Source of the DNA: a virus
Reading direction: 5' to 3' (one strand)
DNA: 64,000 nucleotides
IMG/VR virus record: IMGVR_UViG_3300037722_000745
Location: 229,116-293,115 of that record
Shown here: positions 43,563-54,483 of the stretch, piece by piece
Layout of the letters: every line of letters starts with the position of its first letter
Position numbering within the stretch: position 1 is the first letter of the stretch
Notes under the pieces: generated by a model
Database searches by the model: none
The model's input: the letters and a program-made list of their open reading frames with translations, nothing else
Told to the model about the DNA's origin: nothing
Made by a program: the position numbers and the translations under genes

Positions 43563-46500
43563 TCAGGCCCCGTGCTCAAATACCTTCCCTAGCACTCTCC
43601 ACTCAATTGTGTGAGCTGCTTCTCCAGTGACCCGGATCAAGACGTCTTGAGAGGATACGGCCAAGGTCACATCCCATGCAGAAGCCCCGGCTGATTCGTA
43701 CGACGTGACCACTTCATCTAAGGAGGTCACAGCGCTGGCGCCGTCCCGGTTGAACGTGGCTAGGAACTTCTGGCGAATTGTATCGTCCGTAGCTTCTCGC
43801 CCAACGACCGTGAACTCTAGCTCGATCACTCGCTCATCCGCTAAGGTCGAATACGTCGCTATGGTGGTGACTGTCGCGTCGGTTGTTTGCACTGTGGCAT
43901 CAAGGAACGTCTGGCCTGGGAACAGCACCGAGAGTGCATCAGCCGCTGTAAGGCCACCTAAAGCTCCAGCAGCAGTACGACCGACGATCCTTGATGCAGC
44001 AACGGCCAGGCCCCCCACGTTGCCGCCTGCGGGGCGAGCAACCAACTCATCCTCACCGACCGCCAATGCCGAAATCGATCCACTAGTCTGACGGCCCAAG
44101 ACCGTCTCTTCTGCAACCGTCAGAGCTACTGGGGTGTCATCACTGTCAGCCTTGAGGATCGTGTTGGCATCAAAGATAGATGCCTCCACCCCTCGAAGCA
44201 TGGCCACAACTGCCCACCGGGCTCCTTGCAGATCATACTGAATGAAGACTGACTCACCGTGAGCCAGTCTGTAGTCCACAGACCCAGGACAGTTAAACCT
44301 ATCCACTGCTGCTGCACCAACATCTTCATGGGCCAGCACCACATCCGTGAGTCGGAAGTTGGTCAGCTTTTTGATCAGAACATCGGTAGTAAAGGTTACG
44401 TCCAACCCTTGAAGCGTCAAAGCACCAGGGCCACCCGCAAAGAGGACAGAGATTGCTCCTGACCAACCAGTGGGTGCGTAGGCAGCAACCGACCCCGCAG
44501 ACGTAGTGTCCACCAAGTAATCGGTAGCCTGTCTTTGCAATAAGCTGAGGACTTGGCTCGAATCGAGAGCAGCAATCACCCCACCGGTCTGCCTGCCCAA
44601 GACCGTCTCTTCCGAGACTGTCAGAGCTACTGGGGTGTCATCACTGTCAGCCTTCAGAATCGTGTTAGCGTCGAACAGTGACGCCTGGACACCAGAAGAG
44701 ATCGTATCCAGGAGGATCCATCGAGATGTCGAGAAGTTGTACTGGAAGACGATCGACTCGGTTGGCGCTAGCGTGAAATCAACTGCACCAGGACAGGCTA
44801 TTCTCTCAGTGGCCACCGCGGACCCGCTCTCATGCGCGAAGACAACGTTCGCAGTGCCACCGTTAGTGAACCTCTTCCACGGAACCGTCGAGTCAGCGAA
44901 GCGATCCATGCCCTGGATGGTAAGCAGGCTAGCTCCCGTCCAATGCACAGCGTACGCCCCATCGAATCCACCCGGAGCGTAGGCCGCTTCAGTCCCAGTC
45001 GTGCTATCAGTAACCTGACCGGCGATTCCAGCCAACAGGATGTGAAGCGCCTGGTAATCTTCGAGAGGGCCTAGGTCTCCGGTCAGACTTCGGCCAAGCA
45101 GTCGTAGTGCTCCAACGGAGATAGCAGTGATGTCTGCCCCTTGCCTACCAAGGACCGCGTTGGTTCCAACCGTCAGGGCTACTGGGGTGTCATCACTGTC
45201 AGCCTTGAGGATCGTGTTGGCGTCAAAGAGAGTGGCGCTAATACCACCGCTACCAGCCGGCGGAAGAGGGATGATCCACCGCGTTGCCGTCGTGTCGTAG
45301 AACAGCTGGACGTACTCGTCAGGCCCAACTGTGTAGTCAACATCCCCAGGCAAATCGAAGCGGTTGGTGGGGCCAGATCCAGTGTCCTCATGCGCAAGGA
45401 CGAGATCTGTTGTCCCATAGTTCCTGATGACCCTCCACAAGTACTGATCATTGTCAGACGCAGTTGGGGCATCCAAACCAGTGACTGTGATTACGTCTGT
45501 GTTCGGGGCGACCTTGTAATACCGGGCCCCTGTGTTACCCCACAAATTATTCAGCGTTTGTGGCCCTGCAAGGGCTCCTTCGTCGAAGATCGTGTTGTCG
45601 ACCAAGTACCCCAGCTCTGCCTTGGACAGAGATTTCAGGTCGTTCCCCTCACTGCGGCCTAGAACGCCATCTGTACCCAAGGAGACTGCGCCCGTTATCC
45701 CTGTCCCAACTCGAGCGACAGCTGAGTTCTCTCCAGGATTTATGGCATCTAGTGCGCCGAACTCGTCGACCGAAACCAAACCGTTGGCTCCGTTGCCAAC
45801 TTTAGGGTGTAACCACCCATTGGTGACTCTCCACCCATCACGATCGGCATCAAACTGACACTCTACGTAGGAGTGGACCCCTACGAACTGAATGGATCCG
45901 ACACCATCTCTGCCAACGGTCAGGTCTATGACCTTGCCGTTACCGCTTACGGTCAACTTGTTGGTCCCATTAGCGTTGGGACCATCCTCATAGAAGCCCA
46001 CCCTATCATCCGCACTAGGAGAACTTGGGAGTGAAGCTGTGATTCCGGATACCTCACTGTCCCACCGCATGATTTTCCCAGCAACCGCGTTGAAAGACAA
46101 AGCTTGGACAGCCGTGTCGAACGCCAAGCCACTACTAGTACCTGCCGCGCCTGCGGCGACAACAAACCAACGAAGTTGCCCAGAAGCGTCATAGACCACA
46201 GAGACTGCTTCACCAGGAGCCACTGTGTAGTCGGTTGCTCCTGGCAGTCTGAAACGGTTGCTCGCTACACTACCGGCGTTTTCGTGGCTGAGAACTAGAT
46301 TTGTGGTGCCATCGTTCCAGAGAACTCGCCAATAGTAGAAACTGTTGTCCGACGCGTTTGGAGCATCGATTCCAGTGAGTGTGACGATGTCTGTATTGGG
46401 GGCAATACGTACTTGCCGTGAGCTACTGGAAAAAGCGTTGTGGATCGTGGCTGGCCCCGCGGTGGCCCCAGCATTGAAAATGGTCTTGTCTACAATATAT

Positions 46501-46775
46501 CCGAGCTGACCGGCCGATAACGCCTGCAAGTCACCTCCCTCGGTTCGGCCAGGCACCGAGAAGTCAGGGATAGCTAGGCTTCCTTGCGGATTCGAACCTG
46601 CCTTTGCGAGTATCGAGTCGTCTGTCAACTGCTCTTGAGCAATGGTGGTGACGGCCCCTACATCATCCTTGGTTTTGACCAAGTCGTCTGCGGGATCGAC
46701 GAACACCCGGATCCGGTTACTGCTTGTTGCAGCCGCGACAGAACCTGGGCTTTCCTTTTCAAACTCGATGCTCAT
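43563..46775 (-). CDS. Long modular tail fibre protein
   Basis: FDANTILKADSDDTPVALTV x3 and four LxHE..S...RF..PG..DY modules. Confidence 0.8.
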   Translation of the reverse strand: MSIEFEKESPGSVAAATSSNRIRVFVDPADDLVKTKDDVGAVTTIAQEQLTDDSILAKAGSNPQGSLAIPDFSVPGRTEGGDLQALSAGQLGYIVDKTIFNAGATAGPATIHNAFSSSSRQVRIAPNTDIVTLTGIDAPNASDNSFYYWRVLWNDGTTNLVLSHENAGSVASNRFRLPGATDYTVAPGEAVSVVYDASGQLRWFVVAAGAAGTSSGLAFDTAVQALSFNAVAGKIMRWDSEVSGITASLPSSPSADDRVGFYEDGPNANGTNKLTVSGNGKVIDLTVGRDGVGSIQFVGVHSYVECQFDADRDGWRVTNGWLHPKVGNGANGLVSVDEFGALDAINPGENSAVARVGTGITGAVSLGTDGVLGRSEGNDLKSLSKAELGYLVDNTIFDEGALAGPQTLNNLWGNTGARYYKVAPNTDVITVTGLDAPTASDNDQYLWRVIRNYGTTDLVLAHEDTGSGPTNRFDLPGDVDYTVGPDEYVQLFYDTTATRWIIPLPPAGSGGISATLFDANTILKADSDDTPVALTVGTNAVLGRQGADITAISVGALRLLGRSLTGDLGPLEDYQALHILLAGIAGQVTDSTTGTEAAYAPGGFDGAYAVHWTGASLLTIQGMDRFADSTVPWKRFTNGGTANVVFAHESGSAVATERIACPGAVDFTLAPTESIVFQYNFSTSRWILLDTISSGVQASLFDANTILKADSDDTPVALTVSEETVLGRQTGGVIAALDSSQVLSLLQRQATDYLVDTTSAGSVAAYAPTGWSGAISVLFAGGPGALTLQGLDVTFTTDVLIKKLTNFRLTDVVLAHEDVGAAAVDRFNCPGSVDYRLAHGESVFIQYDLQGARWAVVAMLRGVEASIFDANTILKADSDDTPVALTVAEETVLGRQTSGSISALAVGEDELVARPAGGNVGGLAVAASRIVGRTAAGALGGLTAADALSVLFPGQTFLDATVQTTDATVTTIATYSTLADERVIELEFTVVGREATDDTIRQKFLATFNRDGASAVTSLDEVVTSYESAGASAWDVTLAVSSQDVLIRVTGEAAHTIEWRVLGKVFEHGA

Positions 46776-47347
46776 AGCAGCACAACTTCTCCAATCATGA
46801 TGAGAGTTCCGTACACGTTGATCCCACCATGCACGATCATTTGTTGATGTTGAGGCACAGTGACTGTTTCCCCTACGGGGATCGTCTTGTAGCTAAAATT
46901 GATAGAGGAGGAACCTCCAGAACGGATCAAGGGGTTGACTTTGGTGGCCCACCCAAAGTCCACACTACCCTCCCTAGTCTCCGTGACGAAGCCCACCCTC
47001 GTCCCGAAGGTTGTTAGGGTATAGAGACCAAAGGTGGTCTCTAACGGGCCTCCCACCCCAGTCACCATGCTGCGGAAACCTACGGCCCTACCGTCGCCGT
47101 TTGGGAACGGGAAAGTTACGACGGTGGAAGGAGACAGGACTAGATGGGAGACAGGATTGACGTCTGTCAACGTTGGAGTAGTGCTGAGTTCATCCGTACC
47201 GAGGACCTCTAAGTACCACTCTGTTGCGCTTGCTGAGTCCAGCAAACGAACCCCAATGGTGTTGCTCGCTGTGACGTTTACGCCTCCTGTCGTTGCGACA
47301 AAGGGACCCGCTCCATCTTGGACTTGGCAGACCGGAGAAAGAGGCAT
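46772..47347 (-). CDS. Virion-associated protein
   Basis: First gene of the tail cluster, coupled to the tail fibre gene. Confidence 0.7.
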   Translation of the reverse strand: MPLSPVCQVQDGAGPFVATTGGVNVTASNTIGVRLLDSASATEWYLEVLGTDELSTTPTLTDVNPVSHLVLSPSTVVTFPFPNGDGRAVGFRSMVTGVGGPLETTFGLYTLTTFGTRVGFVTETREGSVDFGWATKVNPLIRSGGSSSINFSYKTIPVGETVTVPQHQQMIVHGGINVYGTLIMIGEVVLL

Positions 47348-47472
47348 GGATCACACCGTGTGGAATGAAACGAGCATTTTGCGATGTCGCACCTAGGCGA
47401 GGGGTTTCCACAAAGGGACACCATAAGGAAAATGTGACCGGCGGTTTTTCTTCTTTTGGGTGGAACTTGTTC

Positions 47473-48096
47473 ATGACAACCACCGAACGTGTCTACGTCC
47501 GATATCTGCTAGCGAAGACCGCTCGTCTCAACCCTGGTGACTCTGTAGAGAAGGGGTCCCTGCGCCTGCACCGCTTCATGGATTCACTGGTTCTGTGGGA
47601 TCTCACGAATGCTGGCAAACGAGGTAAGCGCGTCGAGAAGACCGTTGTCATCCCGAAGTACACGCTGGGAAGCGACATCGATCGTCGTGGGCTGCTTGAT
47701 CGATTGGGACAGACGCTCGAACACTACAGCAGCTACGCTAGGGCCCGAGGTTACATTTCCGACTATCTCAAGGACTACCCAAACGACCTCGAAATCCACG
47801 AGTACCAAGAGCGTGGGGTCGACGTAACACCCGCGGGCTTCAAGCCTCTCGTCATCAGAACCGACAAGATCCTCATAGAAGCGGACTACGACGGCTTCCG
47901 GATCGTGAACCGCAGTGATCAGTACAACGAACCCACATGCATCCCGGCGGCCACGGGTGGCAAGAAGAGCATCCCGGTCTTCTACCGCTGGGTGCAGGAC
48001 AACGAATCACGGATCAAGCGCATGACCTTCTACGAGGTCCAAAACGAAATGCAGCGTCTCGGGATCAAGTACCACTACTACTGCGCCATAGACTAA
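47473..48096 (+). CDS. Hypothetical protein
   Basis: ORF ending HYYCAID. Confidence 0.7.
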   Translation: MTTTERVYVRYLLAKTARLNPGDSVEKGSLRLHRFMDSLVLWDLTNAGKRGKRVEKTVVIPKYTLGSDIDRRGLLDRLGQTLEHYSSYARARGYISDYLKDYPNDLEIHEYQERGVDVTPAGFKPLVIRTDKILIEADYDGFRIVNRSDQYNEPTCIPAATGGKKSIPVFYRWVQDNESRIKRMTFYEVQNEMQRLGIKYHYYCAID

Positions 48097-48133
48097 GGGA
48101 GACTGCGCCCTCTGATTCGGTGTATCCATCGAG

Positions 48134-48736
48134 GTGCACGACGGCATCCTCAGTAACCTAGCCATCCATCAGGCGGTTGAAGCGGGCGATATCCAGATCG
48201 ATCCTTTCGACCCCGAACAGATCAACATCACCAGCTATGACTTAACGCTGGGGAGTGAAGTCCGCATCTATCGGGATCCTAGCTACCCGATTCTCGACCC
48301 TGACATTTATCCTGACCTGGTCCCGCCTCGCGTCGAGCTAGATGCTCGCAAGGAGCCGACCTCGATGTCCTGGAAGTTCGACTCTGAAACCGGGGTGTTG
48401 CTACATCCAGGTGTCGGCTATCTGATGCATACAAGGGAACGGATCTGCACCACGAAGTACAACCCCATCCTCGACGGCAAGTCGAGTATTGGTCGCCTCT
48501 TCATTCAGGTCCACGCCACTGCAGGCTATGGTGATCCAGGCTTCGATGGGCAGTACACACTCGAAGTGATTGTCCAGTACCCCGTACGGGTTTACGCCGG
48601 CATGCGCTTCTGCCAGATTCGGTTCCACACGATTGCCGGGGAGCTGTCGCGAACCTATGATCGCGTCGGACACTACACACAGGAACAAGCCCAAGGGGCA
48701 GTTGCTTCACAAGCCTGGCGGCAGTTCAAGTCGTGA
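48134..48736 (+). CDS. dcd: dCTP deaminase
   Basis: ILS..I...SYDLTLG...GKSSIGRL...TAGYGDPGFDGQYTLE...GMRFCQI. Confidence 0.93.
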   Translation: MHDGILSNLAIHQAVEAGDIQIDPFDPEQINITSYDLTLGSEVRIYRDPSYPILDPDIYPDLVPPRVELDARKEPTSMSWKFDSETGVLLHPGVGYLMHTRERICTTKYNPILDGKSSIGRLFIQVHATAGYGDPGFDGQYTLEVIVQYPVRVYAGMRFCQIRFHTIAGELSRTYDRVGHYTQEQAQGAVASQAWRQFKS

Positions 48737-48950
48737 CCTGTCACGGCGCTGACCGTCGTTGAGTATCCCCTGCCACAACGCCTCGTGGAGCGTCGCCTGA
48801 CGTCGGGGACGACGACGCACCCAGATCCAGACAAGGATAACGCTTAACGCGATCGCGGTCTCAAACCACATGTTCCTCTAATACACCACCAACCGGTGTA
48901 TTATAAGGTGTTCCTAAGTACTCTGATCTCACGATGGTGTAGAAGCACCC

Positions 48951-49373
48951 ATGACCACACCTACTCCAGAGCAACTCACCCTTCTCAACGACCTTCGTGA
49001 CGCTGTTGCTGACAACGTGAAGAATAGAGGCTTCCGGGCGCAGATGGTTGAGGGTTTGACCCCAGACCAATGGGAAGGGCCTGTAGGGGAACGCCTGAGG
49101 GCTGCGATCTTCACGGCTAACCAACACGGGGAAGCCTCCGAGTTCTGGGAAGCCTTCCGCAACGGGCTCCTACACGAGCCGTGCAACAAGGCTGCAAAGA
49201 TGGAGGCCCTGGGACTTCCCGGGCTCACTTACGCAGAAGAAGAGATCGCGGACGAGATCATCCGAGCCCTCGATAAGGCGGAAGCTTTCGGAGTGGATGT
49301 GGCCAAAGCCATAGCGGTCAAGATGGCTTACAACACTAGCCGACCTTTGCTGCACGGCGGTAAGAAAGCCTAA
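48951..49373 (+). CDS. MazG-like nucleotide pyrophosphohydrolase
   Basis: GEASEFWEA...EEEIADEIIRALD...KMAYN.SRP..HGGK. Confidence 0.88.
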   Translation: MTTPTPEQLTLLNDLRDAVADNVKNRGFRAQMVEGLTPDQWEGPVGERLRAAIFTANQHGEASEFWEAFRNGLLHEPCNKAAKMEALGLPGLTYAEEEIADEIIRALDKAEAFGVDVAKAIAVKMAYNTSRPLLHGGKKA

Positions 49374-49641
49374 CGTTCCAACAACTTGTAGTGGCGGGCA
49401 ACATGTTGCCCGTGCTTCGTGAGGACCCAACGGCCTCGAAACTCTACAAGGTGGTAGCGCCGAAGTGGCCGCTGAAGCTCCGGACGAAAGCCCTTCAGCA
49501 CGAAGTCTTCGAGGGCTCGGAGCCCTTCCTCAGGAAGCAACTCCAGGCGTACAATCTCCACCATCAGAGCAGTAGAGCCAACTCGTGTTGAGAAGTCAAA
49601 AAGACTTTTAGATCTTCCCTGTGTGATGTGTAATACCTACT

Positions 49642-50019
49642 ATGGACGATCTATTCGAACTCGAGGTAGAGGCTCGTACCGCTGCTGACGCTAGCGTGAC
49701 CCCCTCCCAAGAAGCCCTGAAACCCGGAGACTACTGTCTCCGGGAAGCCCACGGGTTGGCCATCTACAGTGAGATCCTGGACGCTGCCGAGGTTATCTTG
49801 GGGGGCCGGGATTTCAAGGACTTGGACCCCGAAGATCAAGAGGAAGTCACTGACACGCGAAAGTCCTACGCCCAACCCCACATGAGATACTACCGTTTCA
49901 CACGGTCCTACAGCCGGGCTTGTCCAAACGGTGAATTGGGAGACATCCACGTCTCTACGGTAAAGAAAGTGCTCACAGCCGTTCAATTCCAGGCCGCGCG
50001 TGAAGCGGGATGGCCCTAG
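49642..50019 (+). CDS. Hypothetical protein
   Basis: Starts just after the TGTAATAC motif. Confidence 0.7.
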   Translation: MDDLFELEVEARTAADASVTPSQEALKPGDYCLREAHGLAIYSEILDAAEVILGGRDFKDLDPEDQEEVTDTRKSYAQPHMRYYRFTRSYSRACPNGELGDIHVSTVKKVLTAVQFQAAREAGWP

Positions 50020-50053
50020 TAACAACAAGGCGCACTTTTACACTCGCACAGTC

Positions 50054-50392
50054 ATGACACTCGCACTTTCAAGCTACCCGTCTACCAAAAAGGGTGCTGA
50101 AGAAATTCTCGAGGTCGCACGAGACAGAATCGTTCGGTTGTGGAAGCGACGTCGAGTGACCAAAAGGACAGACGACCTGGTGGCAATTATAGATGGGGTC
50201 AAAAACTGCGTCCATATGAAGACGCGGGTCTCGGCTTACAATCAGGTGGCATCCCAATCCGAGAAACATGACCTGTTGCCCCGGCTGAGGCAGCCAGCTC
50301 CAAGCCATCCAGGCGGGGTTGTAATCTGGGCTCTCATTGGGTTCGCCGACGGTCGGGTGTGTATCCTACCGTTTACGGTTGCGAGATCATAA
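50054..50392 (+). CDS. Hypothetical protein
   Basis: ORF. Confidence 0.5.
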   Translation: MTLALSSYPSTKKGAEEILEVARDRIVRLWKRRRVTKRTDDLVAIIDGVKNCVHMKTRVSAYNQVASQSEKHDLLPRLRQPAPSHPGGVVIWALIGFADGRVCILPFTVARS

Positions 50393-50433
50393 AAAACCTT
50401 TTAAGTTTTGCCTTTCTCCGGTGTAATAGAGAT

Positions 50434-51054
50434 ATGGCACGCAAAACAAAGAAGACTCCCAACGTTGACGTCAATTCCCTACTGACATCCCTCGCGAAGC
50501 GAGACCCAAAAAAGGGCAAGAAGGGAAGTGTCCCCGAGCTGACAAGTGCGGCAGCTCTGGCGGACAAGGCATTTTCCGCCTACGTCGAGATGAAAGACGC
50601 TACCGCCGCTTTCAAGGCGGTTGAAGGTGACGTTCTCGCTCTCACCGATGCAGAGTACGAGAAACGGGCGAAGTCTGGCGATTTCACCAAGAGTTTCAAC
50701 CTGGTAGGTGAAGACACTGAAGGTGTTCAGGTCGTCTACTCTGATCGGTTCTCGGAACTCCCCATCGGGGCGGAAGAGGAACTTCGAGTGCACCTGGGAG
50801 ACAACTTCAATCTCTACTTCGAGCAGAAGCGGGAGATCACTCTCAACAAGACCGATGACGCCACGGTCCGCCTGCTCATCAAGAAGCTCGGGGAGGACGT
50901 GGTCGCGGAGCTGTTCGACATCAAGCTCTCCATCGCTGCCAAAGAGGGCATGGATCGCAACCAGTTCGAGCTGCCCGAGGGTGTCGCCCTGCTGGCCGGT
51001 CTCAAGCAGAACAAGGCAGGCGTCCGGCCTATCAAGTCTGCCAAGAAGAAGTAA
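50434..51054 (+). CDS. Hypothetical protein
   Basis: Strong codon bias; follows GGTGTAATA; hairpin downstream. Confidence 0.8.
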   Translation: MARKTKKTPNVDVNSLLTSLAKRDPKKGKKGSVPELTSAAALADKAFSAYVEMKDATAAFKAVEGDVLALTDAEYEKRAKSGDFTKSFNLVGEDTEGVQVVYSDRFSELPIGAEEELRVHLGDNFNLYFEQKREITLNKTDDATVRLLIKKLGEDVVAELFDIKLSIAAKEGMDRNQFELPEGVALLAGLKQNKAGVRPIKSAKKK

Positions 51055-51163
51055 CCCCTCCCCGCACTGTGTGCAGCGTACGGGAAGGGGGGACACGGGG
51101 CCTGCCGTTGGGCTCCGGCCACTGCACGGCGAACTAAAAACAGCGGCTCCAAGCGGATAGCGT

Positions 51164-51460
51164 ATGTCAGATTTACCACGCCAGTGTTACTGGATTCCCG
51201 TTGACAGTTTCGTGGAGGGGCAGGGCTTTAGAGCTTCGATTGTGATTGAAGGGGAACCTGGCCACTACCCCACCGGAGACTGGCCCTACGACGGTTCTCC
51301 TGGCCAGCGGCAACCCTACTTCTGGGGTCAGACCTACGACGAGGCCAAGACCATCGCGGACGAACAGAACGAGAAGCTGGGGATCTCGAAACGGGACGCC
51401 CTAGAGATCGTAGCCTCGACCATGGGGCTGGGGAAAAGGCGAGGGAGGCACCGCCAGTGA
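51164..51460 (+). CDS. Hypothetical protein
   Basis: ORF. Confidence 0.7.
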   Translation: MSDLPRQCYWIPVDSFVEGQGFRASIVIEGEPGHYPTGDWPYDGSPGQRQPYFWGQTYDEAKTIADEQNEKLGISKRDALEIVASTMGLGKRRGRHRQ

Positions 51461-51756
51461 GCCAAGTCAAATTCAAAACCCCGTTCATTGGGAAACGAAT
51501 CGAGATCATGGCCGGCTGGGATCGGCCGCTCCAGCACTACTTCCTGACCATCTTCAACCTGGACGAAGACGAAGATGAAGTCTACTGGAGTACCCTGGAC
51601 TTCCCGTCCGACGAGGACAACCACGGGACCGAGCGGCTACGCCGCCAGCTCGACAGCATGGGCATCCCGGCCCCTGAGGGCTTCTGGGAGCGCGTCGAAC
51701 GCCAGGAAGGCAACGTCAACCACGACTTCAAGGACGGCGCCTGGGAAAGCTACTGA
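51457..51756 (+). CDS. Hypothetical protein
   Basis: GWDRPLQHYFL motif; coupled start. Confidence 0.7.
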   Translation: MSQVKFKTPFIGKRIEIMAGWDRPLQHYFLTIFNLDEDEDEVYWSTLDFPSDEDNHGTERLRRQLDSMGIPAPEGFWERVERQEGNVNHDFKDGAWESY

Positions 51757-51856
51757 TGGGTTGGGTTTCCAAAATGATGCCGCCGCAGGCACTGATCATC
51801 CGAACACACCGTCTGGAAGCGACGATTCGGAACCACGCTCATGGTCGGCTAGCATC

Positions 51857-52405
51857 GTGAGGTTCTTCTACCCCAACAAACCGACCCGAGTCTACACGCC
51901 CGACCGAGTCATCCCGCGATTAACAAACCCCGCACAATGGGTTGTACAGCCCAAGTGGGACGGGAAGCGGGCCGAGATCTCGTGCGAGGCCGGGAAGGTC
52001 ATGCTGCGCAGCCGGGAAGGCCGAGAGTGGCCGGACCAGCGTTGGGGCTGGCTTGCGAGGTTGCCGCTACCCCAACCGTGGTTTCTCGACGGCGAGCTGA
52101 CCAGGGACAACTATCTCCATGTGTGGGATTACGCTGTCCTAGGGGGCGAGTTGAAGTTCCGGGAACCCTACCAAGACCGCCTTGAACGGCTTCAAGAGCT
52201 TCTACCGAAGCTGCTGGTCCAGGAGAACCAGACCCTTGTGCCTATCGAGACGAGGCCGGCAACGGAGTACGAAGAGGTCCTAAAGCGGGAAGGCGATCCC
52301 CATCTCGAGGGCGTAGTTTGGAAGAATCTCCAAGGCACCGATTTTTGGGGCCCCTGGTCGACGAACACGATCTCGAGCCAGCTCAAATTCAGGTTCAACC
52401 CGTGA
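51857..52405 (+). CDS. ATP-dependent ligase-type adenylation domain (no OB domain)
   Basis: QPKWDG, LDGEL, VWD, EGVVWK, LKF. Confidence 0.88.
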   Translation: MRFFYPNKPTRVYTPDRVIPRLTNPAQWVVQPKWDGKRAEISCEAGKVMLRSREGREWPDQRWGWLARLPLPQPWFLDGELTRDNYLHVWDYAVLGGELKFREPYQDRLERLQELLPKLLVQENQTLVPIETRPATEYEEVLKREGDPHLEGVVWKNLQGTDFWGPWSTNTISSQLKFRFNP

Positions 52406-52929
52406 GGGTGGAAGTCGGCACACGGTTCCGAGCCCCCTACGAGGCTACCAAAGTCACCTGGGAGATCTACCGTAAGACGGCTGACGGCCGCTGGCTCGCA
52501 CGCATCGAGGATGATGAGATTGCGGGTGACATCGGAACCTTCACGACACGGCAGATCGAACAGCACTTGGGTTATGAGCAGGAGTTACGCCGAGCCCAGA
52601 TCGATCATGAGAAGTTCTACCGCAGTCTGCCGATTGGGAAGATCGTCCACTACCACGACGGTCATAACCGATTCGTTCGTTGTGAGGTGACTTCCGATCG
52701 CAAACTCAAGGCCATCGCATTGGTCGGCAATTGGCGCCCTGACGAATTGCCTCACAATCGCACAGACGGATCTAGGATTGTACCCTTCCACTCCCAGAGG
52801 GTTCTCCGCGGAGACGTCTTTGAACCTAGAGCACACACCGTGTACGAAGCGCTCTACGAAGCATATGAACACGATGATCCAGCACTCATGGACCCACGAG
52901 GGCTGCCAGATCTAAAACTCCAAATCTAA
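52402..52929 (+). CDS. Hypothetical protein
   Basis: Coupled GTGA start. Confidence 0.7.
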   Translation: MRVEVGTRFRAPYEATKVTWEIYRKTADGRWLARIEDDEIAGDIGTFTTRQIEQHLGYEQELRRAQIDHEKFYRSLPIGKIVHYHDGHNRFVRCEVTSDRKLKAIALVGNWRPDELPHNRTDGSRIVPFHSQRVLRGDVFEPRAHTVYEALYEAYEHDDPALMDPRGLPDLKLQI

Positions 52930-52968
52930 ATTTTTTAAGATCCCGTCGTGGTCAGTTGTATAAACAGT

Positions 52969-53874
52969 ATGACCACGAAAAACCCAAACAGTCGTCTTCG
53001 GACGGCTATCGCAGCCCCCCGAGGCAAATCCCTTTTCAACGTCGATCCCGCGTCTCTGCTGATCATCGGCTTCGACACGGTGCCAGGTATGGACCGGCCC
53101 CACAAGCGTGGCGAACACGTGCTGTGGCAGGCCCGTGCCCTGGAGCCGGTGGACCCCGACCTGGTCAACAGCATGATCGAGGACGGCTTCACGTCGGTCA
53201 TCAACGTCCGCAAAGACGGGCCGAACCTCGAAGTCGTGGTCGGCCGGCGTCGAGTCAAGGCGGCTCGTCGTGCCAACGAGATCCTGGAAGAGCGTGGGCT
53301 CCCCCTGATCAAGGTCCAGTGCGAGGTTGTCAAGGGCAACGCCATCAGCCTATTCGGCCGCGTGATCTCGGAGAACGCCCTACGCAAGGACGTGCATCCG
53401 ATCGACATGGCCGACGACCTTCAGCGGTTCCTCGACTTCGGAGCGACCGAAGAGGAGGCCGGTCGGCGTTGCGGCAAGACCATCCAGCAGTTGCGGATCA
53501 CCCTCAAGCTGCTCGATCTCGATGAGGTCGTCCAGAAGGCCATTCGCGATGGCGTCTTGTCGGTCACGGCCGGCATCAAGCTGGCAGACCTGACTCGCGC
53601 CGATCAGAAGACCCAGCTCGCTAAGGTCATCACCGGCCAGGCAGGGCGGACGGTTGCCGCGGTGGCGTCGGTCGTCAAGGCCAACCAGAACGGAGGGGAT
53701 GCCGTCCAGGCTCCAGGGAAGCGTCTTCTGAAGAAGCTGCTGGCCTCCGACGAGGCTGTTACCGTCTTCGGTGAGGACGGCATCAAGGCCCTTCGGTTCG
53801 CCATGGGCGACTTGCCGGTCACGAGCTTCGCCGGCCTGACCGCACTGATCCGCGAGGTCAAGTCCGCGAAGTAG
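52969..53874 (+). CDS. ParB/Srx-like protein with HTH
   Basis: LVNSMIEDG...VVVGRRRVKAA...ISENALRKD...HTH. Confidence 0.85.
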   Translation: MTTKNPNSRLRTAIAAPRGKSLFNVDPASLLIIGFDTVPGMDRPHKRGEHVLWQARALEPVDPDLVNSMIEDGFTSVINVRKDGPNLEVVVGRRRVKAARRANEILEERGLPLIKVQCEVVKGNAISLFGRVISENALRKDVHPIDMADDLQRFLDFGATEEEAGRRCGKTIQQLRITLKLLDLDEVVQKAIRDGVLSVTAGIKLADLTRADQKTQLAKVITGQAGRTVAAVASVVKANQNGGDAVQAPGKRLLKKLLASDEAVTVFGEDGIKALRFAMGDLPVTSFAGLTALIREVKSAK

Positions 53875-53987
53875 GGGTGGGGTCCTAGGGGCCACACCCA
53901 CCCTACTCCCAAAATCCAACCTACTTATACTTTTACATGGAACTAGTCTGGCTTCCCGCGTAAAATATACCGAGCAGGCAACCCAAC

Positions 53988-54314
53988 ATGGCACACAACA
54001 CCATACCACCTGAGTCTCCTCTTCATCCCAGGTTGAAGCTGAAATTGGTCCAAGCCCTGGACAACACTGAGTACATCTACGAAGTCGCCAAGCAACTCGT
54101 AGGTGCATTTCACGAGCTGGATCGGGGGACTGTCCAGCTGGTCGGACAAGAGGATCCAACCACTCTCAAAGCTGAGATCGACGCTAGCCTTCAGGCGGCC
54201 GAAGAGGCCCAGAACAACGTGAAGGCATTGTACGCGCTGCTGGAACTTCATAAGAGCATCCTGCTAGAGGCTAAAGAGCAGCCCGTTCTGAGACCCCAGG
54301 ACCAGGTACACTAG
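53988..54314 (+). CDS. Hypothetical helical protein
   Basis: ORF. Confidence 0.6.
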   Translation: MAHNTIPPESPLHPRLKLKLVQALDNTEYIYEVAKQLVGAFHELDRGTVQLVGQEDPTTLKAEIDASLQAAEEAQNNVKALYALLELHKSILLEAKEQPVLRPQDQVH

Positions 54315-54483
54315 TGGCCCACACTCGAGACCTGAGAGAGTTGGATCGCTACTTGATCGAGATCCGCAAGGAGCGTCCCTTCCAACTACCGGCCGGCATG
54401 ATTCCTGCCCCCGCTCGTTTTGAGGAAGAGAATCCCCATCCTTTGGATCTAGCCACGGACCGGCCGACTGTACTTGAGATGGC

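Noticed and set aside
37978..54159. Long antisense ORFs such as 37978-38592, 50479-51096 and 53380-54159 (also 5864-6550)
   Set aside because: Typical shadow ORFs of GC3-rich genes with no motifs, unlike 25100-25858.
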